Positions 11,910 through 24,235 of a stretch of DNA of 64,000 bases are shown piece after piece (within the stretch, counting starts at the first letter, position 1; each line of letters starts with the position of its first letter). The notes beneath the pieces are model-generated. The model was not told where the DNA came from and did no database searches. It saw only the letters and a list, made by a program, of their open reading frames with translations. The position numbers and the translations under genes were made by a program. The stretch spans positions 148,971 through 212,970 of the forward strand of contig NMRA01000109.1 in assembly GCA_002633005.1 (NCBI GenBank), in the 5' to 3' direction. This DNA is from Phoronis australis (taxonomy: Eukaryota > Animalia > Phoronida).

Positions 11910-14900
11910 GTGAGTATTTAATAAACCACTGTTTCTCAATAAGAACGAGCAAATGGAAAAAATCATTCATCAAAATAAACTTAGTGTCAATTTCAACTTC
12001 ACCGCGTTTCAGATGTAATCAACACAGCATGATATCTTTACATGAGCTTTTTATATTTCAAATACGTTTCAGTTGTTCATAGTTTTCAGTGACGAATTGT
12101 GAACCAGTGTAACCATATAACTCTAGCCCTTAAATGACAAAATCGATCTCCTGCTGCTCAAGTTAAGCCGCTCATGCGTGTAATTTGACTGCATACAGTT
12201 TTCGGGTGTTGATTCTTGTTATGGTATTTATTTTCATTAAAACTTTTCAAACTCCAAAGTTTTTTCAATCGAGTTGCAAGAAACACATATCGCTGGAATG
12301 CATTTTATCAGTTCTTGATCGTGTATGATTATAACAGAAGTAGAAGACAACCCATTCAATTCATAAATAATTTTAATTTCGGATAGTTGGAGGGTTTAAA
12401 AACCACGAGTTTAACGAAAATACGAAAAATAAAAAGGATTACTAAAAAAATTTTACAGATGAGTTGCTGATCAGAAGTCCACAAATGGTCTAGCCACACT
12501 GTCGCCCCTAGTGACAATTTTGTTTCTTTTTGGGTCAGTGGCAGAACCCTTTGAAGAAGCTTATGGAATTTGAAAGATGTGTTCTTATGTGTTCTTGAAC
12601 AGACGGTAACAACTGTCGAACTGATTCAGATATCACTATGCCCCATCGTGACATTTTTCACGTTTACCTGTGTCTTTAGTTTTGTAATGTAATACCATGA
12701 AATTTGGCAAATAGGTTTTTATTAAAGAGACGACAATGCCTCCCATTTTTCGGTCAGAGTCCATTTTTGCGCTATCTGGTGTCCTTTTTTCTTTTTGCGC
12801 CCGAACAACTTTGTTATGAGCCATATTGCGTCAAGGATCATTATGAAGGGCAATTTTTTTATATCTACGACTGTATTTCCTTTAAGTTAGCTATTTGGAG
12901 GAGCTTTGCGAAATTTGACTAGTGAAGTTCTATAGAAATGGCCACAGGTTACTTCGAGTTTCAGACCAATGGCAATATAGCTGTGCTTCAATTGTTTGTT
13001 TACGTTTGCTTCTATATCTAAGTTTCAAAAATAAGACGCCACCTTCTTATTTCGGTTGGGTTTGAAATCACACGTAGAAGCAGAGCGTTAGCGGTGGTAT
13101 CGTGGGCGCACTTCAACGCCCGCGTTGCTCTTACTTACACCTTTATTTCTCATCAGAATACATTGCTGCTCAGAAATCTACAAAGCGTCTTGGGAACTGG
13201 AACACCCCATCGAAGGATTTTTATAGAAACGATTGAAAAGAGTAATTATTAATACATACAGTACAAATAAACACAAACGCAACGCGCACGTATCTACGCA
13301 ATTACGGATAAATTTTAGAAGGTTGCGTTAAAAATGTTTCAGTAGGGCCTTAACTTTTCACTTATATTTGCTGAACAACCTCCCAGAAATAAAGTATCAC
13401 CTCAATCAGTAAATTACTGTAACATAATTTTAAATCTCAAAACTGTCTTGTTTAATAACTATTGACATGTAGTTTCATAGGCCGTCGAACGTGGTTCGAA
13501 GACTGGGCTGAAAAATTACCAGAGCCCAGACAATTCCCAGCATTCAGTCTGGTTTGCATGCCGCTGCCTTTTTAGAATGACCAGCAAAATTGTCGGGTTT
13601 GTTCATTAATGTCTACGAAAATTCGCTGGTTGTCAGGAATCACTAATTAGATCTCTCGCTTGAAGAACAAAATGAAAATAGGACAATAAAATAGGCTTGA
13701 TTTGGTAAGTACAACATTCATTCGAAACTCAGTCGAGCAGACTGTCTGAAATTAACGCGGTTAGTCTCGGGGTCGCAAGCTCTCGTAATAGAATACATCG
13801 GTTTAGTGCAGAATTTGCTATTCCGGGGTAGAGTTCAGTAGCGGTCAAGAGGCTACAAAAATCTAACCAAAATATTGTGTGCCTATTCAATAACACGACA
13901 GTATCTTTCCAAGTCGTGCTTTCCTAGTGAGGTCATAATGTTTTTAACTCTACTGAGGGCTAAAGTTTTATGGTATAACGTACGTGCATTTTACCTCCAT
14001 GACTCAAATTTTATTTTGTCGATGTCTACTTCGTCCAACACGAAAAGTGAACAGCTGTTTTTCCATCTGATATAACTTTAATGCGATTTCATTATTTTCC
14101 TAATCAAAGGGCAGTAATTTCTCTGCATGTCAACAGTGTTGATATAATGTTTCTCATTCTCAAGTGACGAATCAGTACATTTAGGGCATGGTACACATTC
14201 TTATAATAATTTAGTCAGGTTCACTATGTCCAAATTTTGACATTCGTTGGAATTTTTTGTTGAAAGTGGAAACTATAGACTTTTGGAAACTTCATGGAAT
14301 GACGAATCAGAAAGTAATTGATTCCATTTTGGTTGCCATCATGGTGGCCATCTTGGATTTTCAAAAATGGCGCCGGTAACATAGAATTTGCCCAATGTAT
14401 CCGCCCTTAGGTCACTTAGAATGTTAGTTTTAATAGCTGCATCCACATTTTGTTGGGTAAGGAATTGAAAACACTATTTCTAAATTGATACATATAATCT
14501 AAATGATTTTTAAAAGCAGGTACGAACCCCCGGAATATTCAAAGGAATCACAGAAACGCAGATTAACCTTTATTTACAGTGTATAGCTATATCTTTTTGA
14601 AAAGACATTTGGGACATATCTTTTGAAGATTTCGATATTATTTCCACTGTTCACTTTGGAATCCAGCTCTCCTGTACTCAATCTTTGCTGCAAGTGAGGC
14701 AATGCTGTCATGCACAGACAAGTCGAATCGAATCCACCTTCTGCAGAAACTTTCCGAAGCAGACGTATTAGAACAGGACAGCCCCCAAGCTGCAAGAGAG
14801 GTTTTGGATTCAGAAAACACGCAAACAGCATCCACTGAATGAGCTGACCAAATCCACAAAACTGCACATGTGGATAGTATGGAAGTGATGTTTTTAACTA

Positions 14901-15085
14901 GAGATTATCACGATATCCTTCTGTTTGATGACACCCACAAAGACAACACTTTGAAACAAGCCACAGGCGAAAAAAGGAGGCAGAGAAAGAGCCGAGTACA
15001 GTGCCAGATAAGAAATGAGACTTAGATCAGGACATTCCAATGAGCAATTTCCTCCCCCATGGCCAAAAAAGGCTCAACATGCCGA

Positions 15086-15087
<2 letters not shown>

Positions 15088-15119
<32 letters not shown>
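15088..15119 (-). repeat. (TC)n microsatellite tail of the LINE
   Basis: (AG)n on the + strand, immediately 3' (minus strand) of an AATAAA at about 15124-15129. Confidence 0.85.
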
Positions 15120-15121
<2 letters not shown>

Positions 15122-15230
15122 TGTTTATTGCACTCGGAGCTAAGCTCATTTGTACATAATACATTGCAACATTTGGTATAGGTGGCAATTTCATGTCCGG
15201 GTATTCAATACATATATACATATTTACACG

Positions 15231-18200
15231 TTACAATGTTAGAGTTTCCTGTCTAATACCATAAGCCTTTAATATAAATAAGGATAGTCTTTTCAAAAGA
15301 TTTCCAGTGTTTGTTTTGAATAAGTATTTGACGTTTTCGATGTCTGTATGCTGTCGGGATATTTCTGGTAAAAAATTCTTTCTAATGTCGTTAAATACGG
15401 GGCAGTTAAGTAATAAGTGTACTTCGTCTTCAATTTCTGAACGGTTGCAAATTTCGCAAAGTCTATCTTCCTTTGGAATGTCATGGTGCCTACCAGTTTC
15501 TATTTTCAGTTGGTGTCCAGAGCACCTGAATTTGGCTAAAATTCTACGTAGAGTTGGTGGTAGACTGTAAAGATATTCTTCACAAGATAAATCTGTTTTG
15601 ATAATAGAGTAAAATGAGCACTTGCTAGAGCTCTGCACTGATGTCCTCCATTCTTGGGCACCACAATCCAACAATCTTTGCTTAAATTCTGATATAAATA
15701 AATCAAAGTTACCCGGTCCACTTATCCATACCTCCCCAAACCCGTATCTGAACAAAATATCTTTAACTGCACTGGCCCAATTTGCTCGTCCTTTTTCACA
15801 GTCTTCCCGCAGCATCCTGTAACTTTTCTTTGGGTATCTGGGGTTATTCATCTGTAGAATTTTGGTCCAGTAGATTATTGGTCTGCACAAGTATTTCACA
15901 GATAATAAATGCCTGCCGCATTCTCCTCTGGCCATAACGTTACTTGTTTTCTTTGGGACACCAGCAACCCATTTACAGAAATCATTGTGAACACTTTCTA
16001 TGTCTTTCGAATATACTGTACCCCATATCTCAGCACCATATAACAATATAGGAGCTACCATACTATCAAACAATTTAAAACATACATGCGGGGATTTACA
16101 ATTCACTTTGGTTAAACATGCTTTTAACATGTTCATTGCTTTTCTAGCTTGTAAAGCTGATATTCTACAATTTTCATTCCATTTTAATCTGCAAGAAAAT
16201 GTCACACCAAGGTACTTGTAATAAGATTTCGTTTCTACCGATTTCTTATTGTAGAACCACCGTTCTTGTGCCGACAGAGTCCCACCTCGCTTGAAGACAA
16301 CAATATTTGTCTTATCAAGATTAACACAAAGACTCCAATCCACACAGTAGTTGTGCAATACATTTAATTTCCTCTGGAGACCAGGCACTGTGTCCGCCAC
16401 AAGCACCAAATCGTCCGCAAACAATAACGAACTTAATTCACAATCATCACACTTGATACCTCGTCCTCCATTTTCTTTGACCTCTGACACCAGTCCGCTA
16501 ACAAAAACAGAGAATAACCAAGGACTCAGTATACACCCTTGTTTCACACCTCTCGTACAATCAAAATAGGGTGTGATTTGACTCTGTATTCTCACGCACG
16601 ATTTCACTTCAGCATAAATATTCCTCAGGAGATTGAACACTTTCCCGTGGAGATTATTTTTTAACAAACAATAAAACAGACGTGTAGTTTCTAGGCTGTC
16701 AAACGCCTTGCTAAAGTCCACAAAGGCACAGTATATTTTTCCACCTCTTTTTGATAAATTTATGTGGGCCAAAGCTTGTAGAACAAAAATGTTATCCACG
16801 GTCGAATAACCCGCCCTAAATCCGGCTTGTTCCTCAGGGATACATTGCATTGCATCCGACCACTCAATCAGCCTTCTGTTTAATATTGATGTAAATAGCT
16901 TGCTTATGCTATCAATTAAAGAAATTCCCCTGTAATTATTTGGGTTATTTTTGTCTCCTTTCTTGTAAATTGGAACGATTATACTCTTTCTCCAGTTCTC
17001 CGGGAATTTTCCTGTCGCCAGTACCTTGTTGAATAGTTTGCATAACACTTCAAGGATCTCACCAGTCAGTGCTTTGAAGAGTTCATTTGGAATACCGTCT
17101 TCTCCAGGGGTTTTGTTGCTTTTAAGTTTATTTATTTCCTGATTGATTTCGGACATGTCAATTTCTTTATTAAGTTGTACCAGGATTTCATCACCAGGTG
17201 TGTTGGCACAGTCATTGCAGCTTTCGTCGTGCTCTCGCATTTCGTCCAGCAAATTATTAAGGAATTCTCTGTTTTCCCGTACAGGCTCAGTGTTCAAGAG
17301 TTTTTCAAAATAGTTATACCATTCCTTCGACGAAATATCCGCTTGTTGAATATTGTTCGGATTTATGATTGACTTCACGTTTGCCCAGAATATTCTTGGA
17401 TCTCTCACTGAATCACATAATTTCTTTTCCATTTGTTCGTTATAATTCTTCTTTTTTTCACGACAGGTTTCCTTAAATTGACTTTTCGTATCAATATAAT
17501 TACGTAGTGTATCCACACACTTTGTGGATCTGAAAAGTTTCAATAAATTATGTTTTTCTATTTTCTTTTGCTCGCAAACGTTGTCGAACCACCTTGGCTG
17601 CTGCCTGTTCACTGCGGGTTTATTGCTTATTTTCATGTCAGCGCCGCAAGCGTGGAATAATTCATTTATTAAATTAACTGCTTTGTTAATATCCATATCG
17701 ATGGCTGAAGATATTTGGGATAATTTCTCGGTGGTGTCAACGCTGCCCAGTCTATCCTTAAAACTTGAAGATTTGTGTGGCTGCCACTTGAGTCGGTGCA
17801 ATGGGGTTGTTCTGACACTAGTGTTCGATCCGTCTGTATCAGCTTCCGTATGTTCTAGATAACGTAGAGTACACATGATAGGGAAATGGTCTGACTGGTC
17901 GTAGTTTAATACTTCAAAGTCATTAATATATTCGAACAGAGATGCCTCGGCAATAACATAGTCAATAGTGCTGCATCCTCGAGTGGAGACGAACGAATAG
18001 TTTCCTTCTCTGTCTGAGGGGTATCTACCGTTAACTATGTGCGTACCATATACTGCACAAAATTTGGCAAGTTCTTTGCCAAAGTAATTAGATTTCGCAT
18101 CTTGGTTGTTTCTTGGTTTTTCAAAATTATTTTGAACATAACAACAATCGCTATTGGCAAGGACATTGATATGCGTGATATCGTCATCTGGGATGTAGTC

Positions 18201-18716
18201 TCTGAGTGTAGCTGTCCTTGAGTTAAAGTCACCTGTCAAAATAACCCGTGAGTGGTTAAATTTCCCATTACTCTTTAAGCAGGTAAAGTCATCCTCGAGA
18301 CGATCAACACCGCAGTCAGAAATGTCGTGGCTGTAGTATGCTGACCCTTCGGGAGGGAGATAAATAAAACCTATTATTACATCTGGCTTGTCTGAGCCAG
18401 CAAATAAATCTTTCAGATGCAAATATACTCTGTCTTCCAAATTCTCACAGATGCGAGTTATTTTGGTTCCTAAATTGTTCTTTACCATTACTGTCACTCC
18501 ACCAGATACTTTGCCGTTATGTATGTTTCGTACTGATGTGAACGTGGAATAATTTTCTAAGAGATCGCCAAATTCATGCTCTGCTCTTGCGTGTGATTCA
18601 ATGAATCCTATGAGGTCGTAGTTTCTAATTATTTTTTTAATTTCTCCTTTGTTTTGTCGTAGCTTACTTTCTAGCCCCCCTATGTTCCATGATCCTATTT
18701 TCATTTCTCTTGTCAT
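15231..18716 (-). CDS. LINE ORF2: AP endonuclease + reverse transcriptase + C-terminal CCHC-type zinc motif (1161 aa)
   Basis: APE motifs SWNIGGL, GDFNSR, IDY, SDHFPI. RT motifs NYRGISL, QAGFR, DFSKAFD, GVKQGCILSP, LFADD, YKYLG. C-terminal IETGRH..RLCEIC..IEDEVHLLLNC. Confidence 0.97.
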   Translation of the reverse strand: MTREMKIGSWNIGGLESKLRQNKGEIKKIIRNYDLIGFIESHARAEHEFGDLLENYSTFTSVRNIHNGKVSGGVTVMVKNNLGTKITRICENLEDRVYLHLKDLFAGSDKPDVIIGFIYLPPEGSAYYSHDISDCGVDRLEDDFTCLKSNGKFNHSRVILTGDFNSRTATLRDYIPDDDITHINVLANSDCCYVQNNFEKPRNNQDAKSNYFGKELAKFCAVYGTHIVNGRYPSDREGNYSFVSTRGCSTIDYVIAEASLFEYINDFEVLNYDQSDHFPIMCTLRYLEHTEADTDGSNTSVRTTPLHRLKWQPHKSSSFKDRLGSVDTTEKLSQISSAIDMDINKAVNLINELFHACGADMKISNKPAVNRQQPRWFDNVCEQKKIEKHNLLKLFRSTKCVDTLRNYIDTKSQFKETCREKKKNYNEQMEKKLCDSVRDPRIFWANVKSIINPNNIQQADISSKEWYNYFEKLLNTEPVRENREFLNNLLDEMREHDESCNDCANTPGDEILVQLNKEIDMSEINQEINKLKSNKTPGEDGIPNELFKALTGEILEVLCKLFNKVLATGKFPENWRKSIIVPIYKKGDKNNPNNYRGISLIDSISKLFTSILNRRLIEWSDAMQCIPEEQAGFRAGYSTVDNIFVLQALAHINLSKRGGKIYCAFVDFSKAFDSLETTRLFYCLLKNNLHGKVFNLLRNIYAEVKSCVRIQSQITPYFDCTRGVKQGCILSPWLFSVFVSGLVSEVKENGGRGIKCDDCELSSLLFADDLVLVADTVPGLQRKLNVLHNYCVDWSLCVNLDKTNIVVFKRGGTLSAQERWFYNKKSVETKSYYKYLGVTFSCRLKWNENCRISALQARKAMNMLKACLTKVNCKSPHVCFKLFDSMVAPILLYGAEIWGTVYSKDIESVHNDFCKWVAGVPKKTSNVMARGECGRHLLSVKYLCRPIIYWTKILQMNNPRYPKKSYRMLREDCEKGRANWASAVKDILFRYGFGEVWISGPGNFDLFISEFKQRLLDCGAQEWRTSVQSSSKCSFYSIIKTDLSCEEYLYSLPPTLRRILAKFRCSGHQLKIETGRHHDIPKEDRLCEICNRSEIEDEVHLLLNCPVFNDIRKNFLPEISRQHTDIENVKYLFKTNTGNLLKRLSLFILKAYGIRQETLTL

Positions 18717-18722
18717 TGTTTG

Positions 18723-19478
18723 CTATTGACTGTCGTCCTCTTCATTTGTATCCGTTCTATCTCTGAAGATGTATCTATCCTCGTTGCAGACAACTTTGTC
18801 TATATGATCGTCATACAGGTACATTTTCCTGTTGTTATAAAGCTTATCGAATTTTATTGTGGCTTCTATAAAATTATTGTCTCTTGAGAACTGCCATAAC
18901 TTTGATCTAGCGATACGAACCTTCTTGCTGAAGTCTTCAGCCACCGAGTATTGAGTTTCACTCCTTAATTTTCTTTTGCCTTTTAAGATCTGCATCTTGT
19001 CCTTGAACGAACTCAACTTTGCGATGATTGGTCGAGGTTTGCTAGGGTTCTTGCGACCAATCCTATGGGCCCGCTCAATCTTTACCTCTGATATGTCGAG
19101 GTGGTTATTGACTAGTTCCTTTACTGCAGTTTCCGCTTCTTCCCATGTTTCCGAATTCCCCTCGGGAATGCCGTGAAATATTAGGTTGTCCCGTCTAGAC
19201 CTATTCTCTAAATCATCCACCTTGCTTTCCAAGTGCGCCACCTGTTGTCTCAAACCGACATTTTCCTTCTTCATTTCCTTGCATTGACGACTTAAGGATT
19301 CTATTTTACCAGACAAATCTTCTCTCATTTTCTCAAATTTTGTATTCATTTGTTCCAGTAGTTCTCTATTCGATATATCAGGTGGGTTACTTTCAGGTTG
19401 AGTCATATATGAAGGTAAGGTCCGGTTGCGCAATCCGGTCGCAGGTCCTGCATTAGGTGTGCCTTTACCTCCTGGCAT
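18723..19478 (-). CDS. LINE ORF1 (coiled coil + L1-ORF1-like RRM), 251 aa
   Basis: Coiled-coil heptads followed by DLENRSRRDNLIFHGIPE, IERAHRIG, PRPIIAK and EDFS. Confidence 0.93.
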   Translation of the reverse strand: MPGGKGTPNAGPATGLRNRTLPSYMTQPESNPPDISNRELLEQMNTKFEKMREDLSGKIESLSRQCKEMKKENVGLRQQVAHLESKVDDLENRSRRDNLIFHGIPEGNSETWEEAETAVKELVNNHLDISEVKIERAHRIGRKNPSKPRPIIAKLSSFKDKMQILKGKRKLRSETQYSVAEDFSKKVRIARSKLWQFSRDNNFIEATIKFDKLYNNRKMYLYDDHIDKVVCNEDRYIFRDRTDTNEEDDSQ

Positions 19479-20149
19479 GATTTGCTATTGTTACGTAACC
19501 TGTATATACACTGTAAACTGAAACAGAGCTCTGACACCTCAGTGTAGGTAACCCTATAGCAGGTTATGGAACTGTCTCAAAGTCGGTTTTCACTCAGTCT
19601 AATGAAGTTTGACCAACCTTCAAGCGTTCTGTAGATGTTGAGTATCACCTTCTTCTGACTGAAGTACACACTTTTACGTATTACCGTAGTAATTTCTCGT
19701 TTTAGTATGAGCGATGTAGATATGCGTTCACAAAAATAGCGCCACCTATCGTCAATAATGTATACACCATAACACTTTGTGAACTTAGGAATCACAAAAA
19801 AGTACATGTAACAAGAAAATTTAAAATTTTCCTTGTGTTCAACTTTTAAACAATACCTCAATCTACAGATTTCTGGAAATGTGCGGTACTGCAGACATCT
19901 CTTTCAAACATGAGCACAGCGTTCTAGTAGCCTACGCTATCAGATGAATCGCATTTGAATCAGTAGTATATTACACATGTAATATTTACAAATCCTTAGC
20001 AAACTTTGTTAAAACACGACTAGACTTTGTGTTAGCAAGCTTGATACTGACACGCTAATGATTTCGGAACCGTCTCCTTTCTTCGGGTTTGCAGGTATGA
20101 AGTAAACATCTTTAGCAAAATAATTCAATTATTAATCTATAATCTACAG

Positions 20150-20173
20150 TTGGTCAAAAAGGAGCTTCCATGG
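20150..20173 (+). CDS. 24-nt phase-1 micro-exon (xGQKGASM)
   Basis: aatctataatctacag|TTGGTCAAAAAGGAGCTTCCATGG|gtgaat. Paralogous to exon 39095-39118. Confidence 0.65.
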
Positions 20174-20466
20174 GTGAATAGTTAGTAAACCGCTACTTCC
20201 CACTAAGAGGGAGAATTTATCAATATCAAGTTGAATTATTATAACCAAATTTAATCGTTTTCAGCAGAATACATCATACACTTTGGAATCTCAAAAAGTA
20301 CAATGTAATTGTGAAATTTTGTCTTTTATTAAAAATACTTAAGCCTACACTTTACTTGCTGAAATTACTGAACGTAACACTAGTCACTATAACAAATGTA
20401 CTCAACTTTTAATACACATGAAATATTTACAAACCCTTAAATTAGCTATTAATCTATGATTTACAG

Positions 20467-20490
20467 ATACACAAACAATTACTGCCAAGG
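20467..20490 (+). CDS. 24-nt phase-1 micro-exon (DTQTITAK)
   Basis: aatctatgatttacag|ATACACAAACAATTACTGCCAAGG|gtcagt. Confidence 0.72.
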
Positions 20491-21660
20491 GTCAGTATTT
20501 AGTGCCATATTTTTTGAATAAAAACGAATAAATGCAAAGAGAGAATTCACCAAAATAAACTTGAATATTTGTAACTAAATTCAACTTATTTCTAAATAAC
20601 GGTTACTAAACTTAGCAATCACAAACAGTACATGTACCAGCTTGACGCTTTCGTTGGATTGACCTTTTGAAAGATATTTCAAGCTTCTGGAAATGTGCAG
20701 TACTGCAACTATATCTTCTAAACATGGGCCAAGCGTTCTAGTAGCCTACGCTACCAGATAAAACACTACCCATATCAGTCTTGGGTACTCTACTAAGTTA
20801 CGCACATTCTCATACCGACTACAAGTTGTGGCCTCTACTGACCCATAAACGACACGATCACAAGTCGATATTTAATCATTATCTGACTTAGAGGGTGACT
20901 GGTATCTCCGTGTGGCTCATCTTACCGTACGTTTCCGTTCTCCTACATGTACGTGCCAACGGGTGTTAAATATTATGTCTCATTCTGAAAGTAGAGAATC
21001 GGTCCAGTTCGGGCTTGGTAAGGATTGTCATTACAGTGTACGTGTCATTATAAGACATGTTCTTTCCTGTTAACACACATGTAATGTTTACAAATCCTTT
21101 ACAGAATAATTTAGCTCTTAATCTACATGTATGATTTACAGGTACATGCGCGAAAATTATTTTACCACTGCTTCACACCACGTTCATCCAACTGAAATGA
21201 GAAAATTCATTAATGAAAAGTTGACTTATTATTGGCAAATTCAACTAATTTCTAAATACTTTCACAACTCAGGAATCACAAAAATTAGGAAGTAGTCTTG
21301 AAGTCGTCTTGTTATTAAATTTTAAGAAAAAAATACCCGAAGCGGCAAATTACTGGAAATTTACGATACTACATTTAAGGGCATCCCGTTTAAATGTAAT
21401 GAATACGTTTTTGTAGCGTAAGATAAAACACACTTTAATCACCGAAATACGAGTGTGGGGAGAACTCAGTTTTTCATCTGCTTCTTGAGGATTAAAAACG
21501 AACCAAAAATTACGCCCCGTAAATAACTGTGGAGTATATAAATTGTGCACGTAAAAATTGCGACACTTCTTTTCGTCACTATTAAAATTTACTCTACCAT
21601 AGATACACATGTTTACAAGTCATTGACAGAACAATTTAGTTCTGAATGTTTTATTTACAG

Positions 21661-21684
21661 GTACTCAAAAAGGTACTCCAAAGG
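21661..21684 (+). CDS. 24-nt phase-1 micro-exon (GTQKGTPK)
   Basis: ttttatttacag|GTACTCAAAAAGGTACTCCAAAGG|gtgagt. Confidence 0.82.
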
Positions 21685-22149
21685 GTGAGTATTTGAAATA
21701 CCCAAGTTTTTCACTGAAAACGACCAAATGCAAGGAGAACTTTCATCAGTTTAAACTTGATTAATTCTAGCCAAATTCATCTACTTTCTAAATACGGTAA
21801 CACTTTCTGAGCATAGGAGTTACAAAAAGTACATGTTGGCAAGTAAACTTCATATTTTCTTTGTATTGAGTTTTAAACAAATATTTTAAGTTACAAGTTA
21901 CTGAAAATGATCTTCTAAATGTGAGCAAAAGGTTTTAGTATAATAAGCAAGCTGTGGCAGAAACACTTCTTCAATCTCCTCCATGAGGCTGAAATAAGAA
22001 CAAGTAACACACCTTATATACACTGTAGTAGTGATACGTTTTGCACACACTATACACGTGAAACAGAGTGAATCACACTGACAATACACCTTTCCTTTTC
22101 TTCTCAGCTTCGATACTTTCAATGCTAAGGTTTCTGAAAATTTATTGTA

Positions 22150-24235
22150 ATGAATGTTATAGATTCATTAATACCACGAGTATCAATAAATGCTACTTTT
22201 TAATGGCTGACTAGAACATTGAGAGAATGCAGTGTGTGTAATTTACAGTCATAACGCAACATTATGAAAAGAAGGTGCCACCAGAGTTAAGACTCTCAAT
22301 TAGGAAACTGATAATATGTGCTTCATTATTCAATGTAGATGTGTAAAAACACTGAATCTCCTCAGTGAGCCGTGTTGATTTACGTCACTCTTTGATAATT
22401 CTCATTACCTCCTGTGGTTGGACAACTGGTGGTTCAGTAGATGGTGTATGAGTTGGTTATTCGGACGACGGATCATCTAGTCTATGAGATGGAAGTTCAG
22501 AAGACAGAACACCTGGTTGCTCAGATGGCAGCTTCTGGCAGTTGCTCGATTCCTTCTCACAGTGCCATTGGTTGCCTCAAATTGGAGCAAACGTGGAGTG
22601 TGGTTACAGACCATGCGACCATGTGTATGCAGTTCAGACGATTCTCAGCACTCATGCACTCGTGTTCTGTGACCTGGTGTTGTCTGTTGCAGTTGTCAGC
22701 CATCTCCTCCCGATAACAGGCGTGTGTTCAGTAACGCTAGGACCTACGATAGGACCTAGCTGAAATCTAGCTAAACCTACGTGTTTTCACTTAAAATACA
22801 CGGCAATATCTCACCTAATCTCGCGAAGACGTGTTTCTAGCAAGGTCCTAGCGTTATTGAACGGGAGGCTGGTCTCTCTTTTTGTAACAACGTCTGGGTC
22901 TAGGACATATGGATTTAAAAGGTCTGGGCGGCAAGGCACACTTTGTTTTCAATATGTCACAAATGCTACAATGTCTAGGGATGTATCCATTTGCCAGTGG
23001 ATTGTTCACTTATGTTGAGAGTTCCAAGCATACATTTTTGCACTTGTTGAGGATCAAGTTAATAGTCTCGACTGCTCTTTTATGTTCACCACTTTGATTG
23101 ACGATATCTCGGCGATGATGTCATGTGCTGTCGGTAAAACTCGTGAACTGTTGAACTGAGGCCCATTATCAGAAAACAAGACAAGCTTGTTGACTGTCTC
23201 AGTGTTGTTCACATTGCGTGTCACAATGCAAACCCCAAAATATCTCACCACTAGATGTCAAGTTTGTTGCTTGTAGTGGAAGAAGTCAAAGCCAGCACTT
23301 GACCACGCTCTGTCTGGAAACTGTGTCCCAGCTGCTGCGTAATGCTGCTTCTCTGAAGTATGTGTTTGGTGAAAAAAACAAGCGTGCATAAGAAAGCGCA
23401 ATTTGACTTTTTTGGGGTATACGTATTATTTTTCACTATAGTCGCCGTTTTGCCTTGATCCAAGCCACGTAGTGTTGACCCTCGAAACGACAATACATAT
23501 ATGACTTTATACGAGTGGAAGCGAACCGCCTATGTCGGGTAATTTCAACTTGCTGCCACCATCGCATACGAAAATGAATGTCTCTCAATGGTTGTTGTGG
23601 GAATTCGTGTGGGAATTCAGTGGCATTATTCTTGACTGCAGTCACCCATGAATCAAACAATTGATCTGTATCTCTCCTCCTGTGACACCAGAATTCGTCT
23701 CGTAGCATGAGTTGAGGATCTCATGTCCCGAAGTTCTCATCAAATTGCTACAAATTTAGTTTTAAGTTAATTGGATCTCCCTCTACTTTGATTTGAAAGC
23801 AGTGAAATATTTCACGCCTTGGTCCCACTGTGATTGAGAAGCATTCTCATCTTCATTTCATCTGAGTTCTTGAACGCCCGATAGCTTTCAAGTATATTTG
23901 GAAGAGTTATTTCCACTTCTCCCAGGTGTGTGACGGGTTTCCATGATTTAAGTTAATCGGGCGGTTCCACACTTGGGACGTTCATTTGAGGTACAGTTTA
24001 TACTTGTTTTTATTTTTTCACAAACACGTGTATACACAGGAACAGCACAGTCAGATCCTAATTCCTAACACCATGAAGTGATGGGTTAAGGTTCTATTAA
24101 AACCGCTGGTAACAGTTACTGTTGCTTTACTAATGGGTGACTAGAACTCGAGAGGATACAGTCAGTGTAATTTACAGTTATAACCTAACACTTCTAAATA
24201 AAAGTGCTAGCACATTCATTGAATCTATTGACAAG
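22150..24235 (-). mobile_element. Internally deleted Ty3/Gypsy element with two diverged LTRs
   Basis: Direct repeats at about 22150-22285 and 24074-24235 (taatgg.tgactagaac..gtgtaatttacagt.ataac). A PBS-like tggtgttagg follows the 5' LTR. Gag start GNPSHTWEKWK.LFQIYLKAIG near 23880-23960; integrase motif LFSDNGPQFNS near 23150-23185. Confidence 0.8.
22719..22870. mobile_element. Small MITE nested in the Gypsy remnant
   Basis: Inverted termini gttcagtaacgctaggacct / aggtcctagcgttattgaac. Confidence 0.7.

Larger units (their letters stand above)
15088..19560 (-). mobile_element. Apparently full-length non-LTR retrotransposon (RTE-X/Proto2-like)
   Basis: ORF1, 6-nt spacer, ORF2, short 3' UTR, AATAAA and (TC)n tail. 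The 5' boundary is approximate and no TSD was found. Confidence 0.9.

Noticed and set aside
14300-15080. Transposon-like segment (ggtggccatcttggattt) with short minus-strand ORFs
   Set aside because: No termini or catalytic motifs were identified.
15293-19176. Short ORFs overlapping the LINE ORFs on other frames and strands
   Set aside because: Shadow ORFs of the long LINE reading frames.
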